Positions 38,613 to 49,854 of a DNA stretch of 64,000 nucleotides are shown piece by piece. The notes under the pieces are model-generated. The model saw only the letters and a list, made by a program, of their open reading frames with translations. It was not told the origin of the DNA and did no database searches. The position numbers and the translations under genes are program-made. This DNA comes from Octopus sinensis (lineage: Eukaryota), in NCBI RefSeq assembly GCF_006345805.1, contig NC_043009.1, positions 65,410,001 through 65,474,000 on the forward strand, read 5' to 3'. How positions within the stretch are numbered: the stretch's first letter is position 1; each line of letters begins with the position of its first letter.

Positions 38613-39016
38613 GGCGCAGGAGTGGTTGTGTGGTAAGTAGCTTGCTAACCAACCACATGGTTCCGGGTTCGTGGTACCTTGGGCACATGTCTTCTACTAT
38701 AGCCTCGGGCCGACCAAAGCCTTGTGAGTGGAGTTGGTAGACGCAAACTGAAAGAAGTCTGTCGTATATATGTATATATGTATATATGTGTGTGTGTGTG
38801 TTTATGTTTGTGTCTGTGTTTGTCTCCCCAACATCGCTTGACAACCGATGCTGGTGTGTTTATGTCCCCGTCACTTAGCGGTTCGGCAAAAGCGACCGAT
38901 AGAATAAGTACTGGGCTTACGAAGAATAAGTCCCGGGGTCGAGATATTCGATTAAAGGCGGTGCTCCAGCATGGCCGCAGTCAATTGACTGAAACAAGTA
39001 AAAGAGTAAAAGAGTA
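38613..39016 (+). mobile_element. SINE family A, full length, with a short deletion after the B-box
   Basis: ggcgcaggagtggttgtgtggtaagtagc...gaaacaagtaaaagagtaaaagagta. The usual agtcccactgc segment is missing. Confidence 0.92.
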
Positions 39017-39084
39017 TACATACATAAATAATGATTTTGAAGTTTGCTACAAGATCAGTAGGGTCGGGGGATAGGGTAGGATGG

Positions 39085-39246
39085 GCTTAAGTCGATTACA
39101 TCGACCCCAGTGTTCAACTGGTACTTATTTTATCGACGCCGAAAGGATGAAAGGCAAGTCGACCCCGGCGGAATTTGAACTCAGAACGTACAGTCGTGCG
39201 AAGCATCTCACATGGGATGCTAACGATCCTGCCAGCTTGCCACCTT
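39085..39246 (-). mobile_element. SINE family B, diverged
   Basis: ctggtacttattttatcgacgccgaaaggatgaaaggcaagtcgaccccggcggaatttgaactcagaacgta. Confidence 0.85.
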
Positions 39247-39780
39247 AACACCACCACCAACTACAACAACAACACCACAACCACCACCACCACCACCAAC
39301 AACAACAACAAAAACAGCCGCAGCGACAACAACAACAACAGCACAATAATAATAACACAAAAAATCTTAAATGGTTTCAACTCGGAATTGAAACCACATC
39401 TCTTCATTTCCTGACGACACTTTCTTAACTCTTATGAGAAGGAAGCTGGCCACATGCCGTTCGAAATATTACCATATTTCGATCGTCTTCTGTCACTGTT
39501 GGTGAATGGCATCAGTTTAAATTTCTCTGTTAATTACTTTTCTGACACCATTTGTCACTAATCATGTGTCCCGTCCGGCAGTAATTTTCCCGACTTCAAT
39601 TCACACCTTCTTCAAATGAATCACCGTGCTCAATTAAGAAAACGAAACCTTCTTTATATTTTTTTTTTTAGATTTATCTATTTCGGTTTTTTTTTCCTTA
39701 ATATTATTATATTCCCACCTTAAACTTCTCGTTGGAAACACACAGTAAAAACAGCGAGATTGGGAGAGAGGGGGAGAGAG

Positions 39781-39821
<41 letters not shown>

Positions 39822-40053
39822 AGAGAGAGGGGAAGGGAGATAAAGAGAAAGGGAGAGAAAGAGGGGGAGAGGGAGGGAGAGAGAGAGGGAGAGATCGGTT
39901 GGGGAAGTGTTCACAAATTCAGACAGAGTACAACTGGTTGGCGAGAAGCAGAGACTTAAAGAAACAGGACATGTTGAGGGAGGAAATACTGATGTAAATA
40001 TATGTGCGTGTGGGTGTGAGTGTTTGTGTACGTGAAGGTAGATAGATAGATAG

Positions 40054-40097
<44 letters not shown>

Positions 40098-40118
40098 AAC
40101 AGATAGATAGATAGAGAC

Positions 40119-40182
<64 letters not shown>

Positions 40183-40231
40183 GGATGGATAGATGGATGG
40201 ATATATATATATATATAAAGAGAGAGAGAGG

Positions 40232-40269
<38 letters not shown>

Positions 40270-40967
40270 ACGATGAACGATGATAGAAGAAACGAAATGC
40301 ATTGGAAGTTTCCATTTTTTTGCTATTTTATGATTTTTGAGTGAAAATCGTGTTGGTTTCGTTTATTACAACCGATTTTTTGTTTTAATTCCTAACATTT
40401 GTGATTTCAGACAAAAAGAAAAAATGGAAGTATATTAAGAACAAGAATAACACCAAGTGGCAGAAAAGAACAACAACAAAATCGACAGCCACAACCCCCC
40501 CCCCCCAAAATTATAATAATCGACAGAATTATTCCAATTTCGAAACTGTAAGTTTGGGAGATCACTTCTCGTCGGAGTTGGATTCGATTTTTGCCTTACA
40601 TGTATTGATGAAACTCTTAATCGATGGATGTGATAGGCAGATGAATGACTGTCAGAGCGATGCCGGATTAAGTGTTTGGTTCAATTTGTTTAATTACGTT
40701 ATTGATAGAAGTTCTGTGAGGACTGACTTCAACCTCCGCCATATTCCCGACCAATTACATATGAAACTGTTCTGTGTTATGGAGTCACCGTCGGTCTCGA
40801 CGATGACAATCAAGTTGTCTAACTTACTAAATTCCTATTTGCGAAAATAACGTGTAACCGGTTGAGTATTCCTCAGTCACATGTTCTCTTAGAGCTTTTC
40901 TTTCACCGAATCAGCGTAACACTTTAAGGCTGACCCTTTGAATTCTAGGTGCAAGCCAGAGACAAAC

Positions 40968-41012
<45 letters not shown>

Positions 41013-41074
41013 GAGAGAGAGAGAGGATGGAGAGGGAGGGAGGGAGGGAGAAACCGAGATGGGGACAGAGAGAT

Positions 41075-41235
41075 AAAAACATCGAATCAAGTACACTACC
41101 ACTGTATTTATCAAACTGCAGAATGTTGAAAGACAAAGTTGACCTCGGCAGGATTTGAATTCAGATCCATGGCAGCCGGATCGAATAATTCGTGGTATTG
41201 TATCGAGCGCTCTAATGTTTTGCTGTTTAACTATT
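41075..41235 (-). mobile_element. SINE family B, old and degenerate
   Basis: gaaagacaaagttgacctcggcaggatttgaattcaga matches the family-B core. Confidence 0.65.
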
Positions 41236-42342
41236 GATTGTAATATCGTTGAAGTCGTCTGCTCTCCATAAACAAGACCAGAAAAGCTGGAAAGCTACGG
41301 TTGGAGAAACCTTTGACGATAAATATCAACGTTTATAGTAGAAGGAGTATTTGGTCGGTGTTGGTTTGTTTTTGTTCTATATATATCGAATGAGGAAGAC
41401 ACCACAGCCGCTCGGCCAAACAACACTCAAATTCTATTGTTGAGCATTTGTGAGGCTATTGCAATTCTTAGGAAGTTAACAATCTAACAGAACAATAAAT
41501 AACAACAAAAAACCTTTACTGAAATAGAAACACAACAATAGCAATAAAATCTAGCGTTGTTATGTTGCTTTTGCTGCCGATATTCTTTTCATTTAACAAC
41601 AGGTCAACAGTATTCCTACTGATATAGTATCATTAAATATGTCTAGCCGTGACTATTACAATTTATTTAGAATTATATTATTAAAGAACATGTTACTGAG
41701 TGCAATACCAAATTGACGGCCTTCCAGTAATGCAAATATATGGAACGGAAAAACATATTCATAAAATATTAACACATTTCAAGATTATCTTCATGCAAGA
41801 TCAGAGACCTTTATTAAATACAGCCACCGTGATAAATAACTCTTAAAACCTGGAAGATCACATCATAGCTTAATTAAAAGAATAAATATTCAACTTTTAC
41901 ATTGTTTTTTTCTTTCTTTTCTTTTCTGGTCACAATTCTAAAATGTGTGATATTTTCATACTTTCATTTTTGTTACATAACAGTGCCTGTCAAATGCCTA
42001 GTTCACACAGGATTACATTCTGAAATGTATCACAGCATTTCATTAAGACTAACGGTTCGATGCAATTTAAGGGGATTTAGCTGATATTTCTACCAATCAG
42101 GTATCTGTGTAGAGGCTCTAACGGTTGCTCTTCCTGTAAGGTCAGTTAACGGCAAGTGCTATGTGCGCAACATTACCTGTCTGTGGTATATGAGAAGAGT
42201 GGAAGATATCCGCAGTTCTTTTCTACTTATATCACAATAGCAATATAAACACACACACACGCATGCACATATACATATACATTACACACACACACACATA
42301 CACACACGTATATATATATATATAATATATATATATATAAAG

Positions 42343-42548
42343 TTAATCCAAACATGAAAACAGAAAGAGAAAACACAACAACGCGAGGACATGGAACAAG
42401 TATAGTGTTATTGGACGCTCAGGAAAGGAAGGAAAGAAGGAGGATTTAACATTTCGAGCGGAGCTGTTCGGTAGAAACATAGAAAAAGGAAAGATCCAAG
42501 GAAGGGAAGACGGAGGAAAAAAAATCGCCAACGGTACACACGCGGTCA
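42343..42548 (-). mobile_element. Second copy of the 29.3-kb HHR-bearing repeat, with a decayed ribozyme core
   Basis: Colinear with 29313-29500. The core reads ...uaccgaa-cagc-ucc-gcuc-gaaauguu on the minus strand. Confidence 0.7.
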
Positions 42549-44169
42549 TATATATATATATACATACATATGTGTGTGTTAAAATATATGCACGTGCATA
42601 TATGAAGAGAAAGATGAGAAGAAACAGAAATTCATTGACAGATCAGTAGTGATACAAACACTGGGGGTTGAGATAACGGTTTAAGGCAGAGATGTATATT
42701 TAGTAGAAGGGATCATCACGTGGTATTGGAAATATAGAAGGTTGAAAGAACATCGAATTGAACGCTCGTCAGATAATCTTCCTTTGTTTCACATTTGCTA
42801 TAGATATAGAAAAAGACTGCAATGAAGAAATGAAATGCGAAATTTACGAAGAAACAAAGCGGAAAAATGAATGCCAGACACAAAAATATTTTTGGAAAAA
42901 TAAAAAGAAACGAACCAAAATTGTAAAATAAGAGAGAAAAAAAATCAAAGAATGAATAAATATGAAAGAATAAGAACTACAGAAAGAAAGAAGAATGTTA
43001 GAAGAAATGAAGCAAGGACAAGGAATTATTGTGAAGTTCCCAAACGTTGCGCCGTGGCGTATTCTTACGCCGTAAGGGGTATCTCTAGGTGCACTACTAG
43101 TTGTTGTTGTTTTTTAATATCAATTAAGGCTTAAGAAAATCTATAGAAATACATGATTTCGTGAAAAACATGTTATTCATATGTTGTTATCCATAAATTT
43201 GACTAATGAAATATGGTAAACAACGGTTTGGGAATTCCTTTTTCAAATCTTTTTATATTTGAAAGAGTTTCTTTTGACATTTCACGCGAACTGCTTCAAT
43301 TATTATTCCACCCCCCTCCTTTTAATTACCAGTGTACCATGAAGCCAAAAAGATAGGGAATCAGCTCGGATGAGGCTAACTTGTCAAATTGTGAGATAAA
43401 AACTTGGAGTGACAGTGGCTTTGGTTGCAAATAGAAGGCAAAATCTCGTTGTACGTAAAACCATGAGAAGTAACCCCGTAAAACCATTTCATCGATGTTC
43501 ACAATCAAATTAATCGATAGAATATGTTGAGGTTCGAAACCAATTGCTAACTGAGGTAATGGGAAAAGGTCTTGAATTCCGAAAACCTGTATGAAGACCT
43601 ACGTTGAGTGATTATTTCTACATTTCACTCTGGCTAATGTATGATTTAATGGTTACACATTGACTCTTCCCCTGTCTCTCCCTCTTCCCTCTTTCTCTCT
43701 TTCTCCTTTTCTCTGTCACCTTGTCTCCCTCTCTTTCTCCCCACCTTTCCCGTTATACGCATATATATTCTTAGAATATAAATATCAGTAATAGCCAAAA
43801 GATTATGCTTTCACATCATAAGACAGAGCTCAATGGTAGTTATTCATGATGCCCGATGGAGAGAGAACAAACATAAGATGGCGGTAAAGTAATAAAGAAA
43901 AGAAAATCACTGAGAGAACAAACTAAAATGGCGGAAGATAATAAAGAATAGGAAAGATCAGACATTACATGTTGGTTATAAACAAGATTTAAAACTGTTT
44001 GAGTGGAGGGTAAACTCTGCATGCACTTATCGCAAGAGGCGCCCGTCTTTGCTATATTTGCACAAAAGAATATGGGTCCTTAGTAGCACAATGAACATCT
44101 CAATAAAAACCAATTGAGAACGAATAGATATATTTTTGTCTGGATTCCTGCTGCCCTGTGTGCATTTTA

Positions 44170-44269
44170 CATACATTATTTACATTATTTACATTCGATG
44201 GATATTTGTCATCATCTTGTTTGTTGTTAACACAACGTTTCAGTTGATATACCCTCCAGCCTTCTTCAG
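44170..44269 (-). mobile_element. HHR-bearing repeat fragment (core 44231-44269)
   Basis: Minus strand: CUGAAGA-a-GGCUG-gaggguauau-CAACU-GAA-ACGU-U/GUG. The 5' strand of stem I is replaced by the adjacent SINE fragment. Confidence 0.55.
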
Positions 44270-44270
44270 T

Positions 44271-44363
44271 TATAGTAGAAGACCCTTTCCTAAATTGCCA
44301 GGAAGTGAGATAGAACACGGGTTGCGAAGGTAGCCTCTGACCACACAGCCACAGCTGCACCTA
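44271..44363 (-). mobile_element. SINE family A head, diverged
   Basis: tatagtagaagaccc...ccacacagccacagctgcacct resembles the reverse complement of the family-A head. Confidence 0.6.
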
Positions 44364-45106
44364 CAGTGATTAAATCATTTTAAGTTATTTCACCTGTTCC
44401 ATACTTTCACTTTCATATTTCTCTTTTCTTTTTAATGTTTCGTTTTCTATGTTTCCTTAAACGTTATCAACAGATTCATTGGAAGACATCGTACAAGATG
44501 CAAACATTCGAGGCAGATTGTAACAATGGGATTCCTACCTCCAGTTTAATTATTTTGTTGAGTAAATATGTAAAGATGTGATTGTGGTGATTCGTGTAGG
44601 AAATGAGTATTTGAAATTGCAGTGATATTGTTTGTCTTCTGTTTTGAAAATACACACACCCACACACACACATATATACAATTACAGGCATGCATACATA
44701 TATATAAACGTATACGTTCACATACACACATATATTGTATGTATTGTACGTATATGTGTATTTATATGTGTATGTGTCTTTATACAAGTACGATGTAAAC
44801 TAGAAGCTAACAATTTTTACATACACACATACAGATAGATAGATCGATCGATAGAAAGATAGATAGATAGATATGCTAGATAGATATATATATAGATAGA
44901 TAGATAGAGTTAGTAGATCGTATGTTTATACGGAGTATATTAAATGGTATTCATCACTCAATGGTTTGAGTACTTAGTTTATCTTATTTTAACGGAACTG
45001 TAAGCGACATATATATATATAATAAAATATTAGGGAATAAATCCAAACTTACAGGGAAAAATCAGATTTAGGATTAAATCCAATTTTATAGTAAAATATA
45101 TTATAT

Positions 45107-45453
45107 TATATTATATTAAATTAGAGAGAAAACCACTATTAGGCAAATCAAACAATGAAAAGCATAAGCCAATACATAAAATTAATTAATTTATATTATT
45201 TTAAATATAAATCAAAAGTATTAAAAGTTTAATAAAAGATAAAGAGTAAAACACTACGATCGTTTCATGGCTGTAACTCGAATTATTACGAATTGTACAG
45301 CCATGAAACGATCGTAGTGTTTTACTCTTTATCTTTTATTAAAGTTTTAATACTTTTGATATATATTAAAATAATATAAATTAATTAATTTTATGTATTG
45401 GCTTATGTTTTTCATTGTTTGGTTTGCCTAATAGTGGTTTTATCTCTAATTTA

Positions 45454-45463
<10 letters not shown>
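45107..45463. repeat. ~355-bp fold-back palindrome with a 20-nt spacer and HHR 3' halves at the inner ends
   Basis: The arms are near-perfect reverse complements, with spacer 45276-45295. GAAAC-GAUC-GUA lies at 45305-45316 and is mirrored on the minus strand. The arm family recurs at ~58610-58680. Confidence 0.85.
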
Positions 45464-45520
<57 letters not shown>

Positions 45521-45545
45521 TATATTATATATATACATATATTAC

Positions 45546-45802
45546 TGTTGTGTCTTGGGAGTCATTTTCTTTTGTGCCTTATAATATACCACTCACCGGT
45601 AAAATATCCACTTATTCTTATTTTTATTTCCTAAAATTTTCGTTGCGTCTTGCAATTTTTTCAATAGTCTTGACGCTTAGGAGTCAAGACTACTGAAAAT
45701 ATTTATTTAGAAAATAAAAATAAGAAATAAGTGGAAATTTTACCGGTGAGTGTATTAAATTATAAGGCACAAAAAGAGAATGACTCTCCCCAGACACAAC
45801 AG
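45546..45802. repeat. ~255-bp imperfect palindrome, with a UUGAAAA-core HHR-like motif in the left arm
   Basis: Outer arms 45546-45635 / 45706-45802. Inner hairpin tagtcttgac-gcttagga-gtcaagacta. Confidence 0.8.
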
Positions 45803-45887
45803 AATATGCTTCAACACACGAACTCATATAAAGAATCTTGCAAACCAAATCCAAAAAAAAAACGAAATATATATACATATATATATA

Positions 45888-45937
<50 letters not shown>

Positions 45938-46284
45938 GTAATACATAATTATATATATGATATATATGTAATATATATATATATATATATATATATACGT
46001 GTGCGTAAGTATATATATATATATATATATTATATAAGATACACAGATTTACATGTATACATATGTATATATATATATTTATATATACATTAATATGTAT
46101 ATATATATATATAATATATTTATATTTATATAAACATTATTTCTAAATGTAGTATTTGTTTCCGTGAAAGTTTGGCGCGCTGTTAGTAGGGGCATTTGAA
46201 TTATAACGTCGGATGTAATCAATTGAACCACACGTGTATTTATCGTTATGGTAAAATCTGGCGTGTGATTGAGTGGATTTCATC

Positions 46285-46379
46285 CAGATAGTTTTGGCTG
46301 AGGAGCTACAAGTGGGTTTTTTGTAAGTAAAATTACATTTAATTCATTAATAGCGAAACAATTGTCCCAAAATAATCTG
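46285..46379 (+). ncRNA. Type I hammerhead ribozyme, fully canonical core, copy 1
   Basis: CAGAUAGUUUUGG-CUGAGGA-GCUA-(42 nt)-UAGC-GAA-AC-AAUU-GU-C/CCAAAAUAAUCUG. Stem I spans 13 positions with one A/A mismatch and one G.U, G10.1-C11.1 is intact, the triplet is GUC, and predicted cleavage is after 46366. Confidence 0.85.
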
Positions 46380-46815
46380 TATTTTTGTTATTTTTTATTT
46401 GCCCTGTTCGTGTGAGCTAACAATCGTACTGACTTTCATGGGAAACATGTATTTTTGTGGTTGAAACCTTTTGGATTTTCTAGTGCTAGAATGAGCCACA
46501 TAGTGACCATTCTCTTATATTTATTTTTGTATAAAATATTATAATATATATAAAATATATAATAATCCAGGTTTCTCGTAGCACTGGGCCACTTGGTGTT
46601 GAATAGATATACTATTAAATTAGTATCTAATTCTCTCACCCTTATTAATTAATTATAATTATGCTACATTTATTTCTAAATGTAGTATTTGTTTCCGTGA
46701 AAGTTTGGCGCGCTGTTAGTAGGGGCATTTGATTATAACGTCGGATGTAATCAATTGAACCACACGTGCATTTATCTTATGGTAAAATCTGGCGTGTGAT
46801 TGAGTGGATTTCATC

Positions 46816-46910
46816 CAGATAGTTTTGGCTGAGGAGCTACAAGTGGGTTTTTTGTAAGTAAAATTACATTTAATTCATTAATAGCGAAACAATTGTCCCA
46901 AAATAATCTG
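46816..46910 (+). ncRNA. Type I hammerhead ribozyme, fully canonical core, copy 2
   Basis: Identical in sequence to copy 1. Predicted cleavage after 46897. Confidence 0.85.
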
Positions 46911-47071
46911 TATTTTTGTTATTTTTTATTTGCCCTGTTCGTGTGAGCTAACAATCGTACTGACTTTCAGGGAAACATGTATTTTTGTGGTTGAAACCTT
47001 TTGGATTTTCTAGTGCAGAATGAGCCACATAGTGACCATTTTCTTATATTATTTTTATATATTATATAATA

Positions 47072-47103
<32 letters not shown>

Positions 47104-48098
47104 CATGCATATATACATATACATAAAACACGCATACACACAAACATATGCATATATAATATATATATTTATTTATATACATACGTGCATATATACATAT
47201 ACATAAAACACGCACACACACACACACACACACGCACACACACATACACACCCACAAACACTCACGTACCCAAACACGCACACACGCCCGTATGTATGAG
47301 TGTGTGTTTGTATAACTATGTATTATGTAAACTAGAGGACGGCGCCTAAATAATTAACTGTTAATTCATGCATTTAACCATTTTCGTTTCGTCTTGTCAT
47401 CTGCCTAATTTATAAAATAAGTCAATATTTTAGACACTCACAAACAATATCCACCCCTTCGTATCAACACAATTTTTGAGGCATACAATTATACACCAAC
47501 ACTCTATAAGACACCTGGAAATTGCTATGTGATTAGATATCCATGAGTGTGAGCCTCCGTCTGCGTGTGTGTATGCGTGTGTGTGTATGCGTGTGTATGT
47601 CTGTGTGTATGTGTGCTATTTTCTGTAAGCATAAAGATGAGTGTATGTCAGGTGTTTTATGCGAATATGTATGATTGTGTCGATAGAGTTTAAATACTCA
47701 TTCTCTCTTCCTTAAGCTTATAGAATCACACTTCTGCATTGACACACTCGCGCATGCGCGCTGTTGCATATAAACATACGTACATACACGAGGACAAATA
47801 CATATGCCTACTAACCACAAACACACATATACACAGAATACACATTTCCACTAGTAGCCACAACTGTACACCCATATATATATATAAACATATAGTATAT
47901 TATATATATATATATATAATATATATATTATAATAATATATAATAATATATAATATATATATATATATAATCATAAATGTAATTATAAATATATAATTAT
48001 AATGATATGATCATAATTTTTTTCTATACCGAAAATACTTGGTAAAATTTATTAATTATAAATTAATAATTCTTTACCCTATATATATAATATATATG

Positions 48099-48177
<79 letters not shown>

Positions 48178-48217
48178 AACATACATATACGCACACATTT
48201 AAATGTGTGTGTGTGTG

Positions 48218-48262
<45 letters not shown>

Positions 48263-48871
48263 TATATATGTGTGTGTGTGTTGTGTGTGTGTGTGTGTGT
48301 GAGTATATAGTTATGTATGTATATATTTATGTATGTATGAATATATGTACGTAGGTGTGTATAAAACATGCAGTTTCTATATACTTAAACACACAAAGAC
48401 ATCACTTCATACACATATACACCTATACGCATTAATCTTTGTATTATATACTTACCAATACACGCGCACTCACACACAAGGAGGGAGAGACAGAGAGAAA
48501 GAGAGAGACAGAGTCAGACAGACAGGGACAGAGTGGGAGTGGGGAAAACTGAACAAAACACATACATATGGAAAGTGAAAGTAAATGTCAAGTCGGCACC
48601 CCATGCGGTTTTGCACGTGCAATACACACGACATCCCCTTTCCACTCCCATTGTCACCCCCGCCACCTGCAGCCAACCACCTACCGTGTGTCCACTGACA
48701 GCAGTGTTCGTAGTTTCGCTTCTCAACATCCTCCCGCTCCTATAGAAACTCTCCCGCCACTGACCTCCCCTTTCCTTCTATTCCTACACACGCCTCCACC
48801 GTATTTGCCCCAACTCTCTCTCCACTACATTATGTAAAAGCTGTCCTATGATAAACCCCCATCCCCACCAC

Positions 48872-48912
<41 letters not shown>

Positions 48913-49463
48913 ACGCTTTCTCTCTCTCTCTCTCTTCCTCTCGTTAACTTGTCTTTTGTTACTTTACCATTGCTCCGTCGTCTAAAAAGCTTCTTTGGAC
49001 AATATACTTTTCCAAGTGTTTATCTAAGATGCTTCAAATAGTAAGCACATTTCCGTAAATCATACCTTACTGTCTACAAAGGACTGAATTTACGGCTGTA
49101 CTCTTAGATATCCACCTTTTACAGGATGATCCTGGCTAGAATACTTTTGACCCTTTTTTATATGTGGGGAGCTTAACCAGGGTTGGCTTGCAGCTATACA
49201 ACAACCTACAAACTTAATAATGACTCGATCGACTAGAAAAAAAAAAGCTATATTATCTCAAATCTTACGTAACCTATTAAATACACACACACACACACAC
49301 ACAAAAACACACACATTATCTAATAAAGGTCTGATTTAGCTCCAACTTAAACTTTTTGTAGGCTCGTAGACCGAGTCTATCGCGTCAGATATAAAAGCCA
49401 GAAGCCGCAGAAAAGGAAGGATAGATGTTGAAGCATAACTGAATTATATACGTAAAAATGATA

Positions 49464-49854
49464 TACTCTTTTACTCTTTTACTTGTTTCAGTCATTTGAC
49501 TGCGGCCATACTGGAGCACCGCCTTTAATCGAGCAAATCGACCCCGGGACTTATTCTTTGTAAGCCCAGTACTTATTCTATCGGTCTTTTTTGCCGAACA
49601 GCTAAGTGACGGGGACGTAAACACACCAGCATCGGTTGTCAAGGGGGACAAACACAGACACACATACATATATATATATACATATATACGGCAGGCTTCT
49701 TTCAGTTTCCGTCTACCAAATACACTCACGAGGCATTGGTCGGCCCGGGGCTATAGCCGAAGACACTTGCACAAGATGTCACGCAGTGGGACTGAACCCG
49801 GAACCATGTGGTTGGTTAACAGCAAGCTACTTACCACACAGCCACTCCTGCGCC
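49464..49854 (-). mobile_element. SINE family A, full length
   Basis: Ends ...ttaccacacagccactcctgcgcc (reverse-complemented head) and begins with the (tactcttt)n tail. Confidence 0.92.

Larger units (their letters stand above)
46138..47050 (+). mobile_element. Direct-repeat element: two ~380-bp repeats around a ~150-bp spacer, each with an HHR (retrozyme- or PLE-LTR-like)
   Basis: 46138-46521 and 46671-47050 differ by 4 single-base indels and 2 substitutions. The element is embedded in (TA)-rich sequence. Confidence 0.75.

Noticed and set aside
40401-40850. 149-aa plus ORF in partly unique sequence
   Set aside because: GTG start, low-complexity N-terminus, no recognisable domain and no convincing splice sites.
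43056-43100. GGCGTA-ttct-TACGCC hairpin followed by CTAG (Helitron 3' signature)
   Set aside because: Only a 6-bp stem, with no matching 5' TC end or second copy. Expected by chance in 64 kb.
49355-49400. Minus-strand CUGACGC...UAGAC-ucg-GUCUA-CGAG
   Set aside because: A9 and the GAAA half are both altered and there are no stems I or III.
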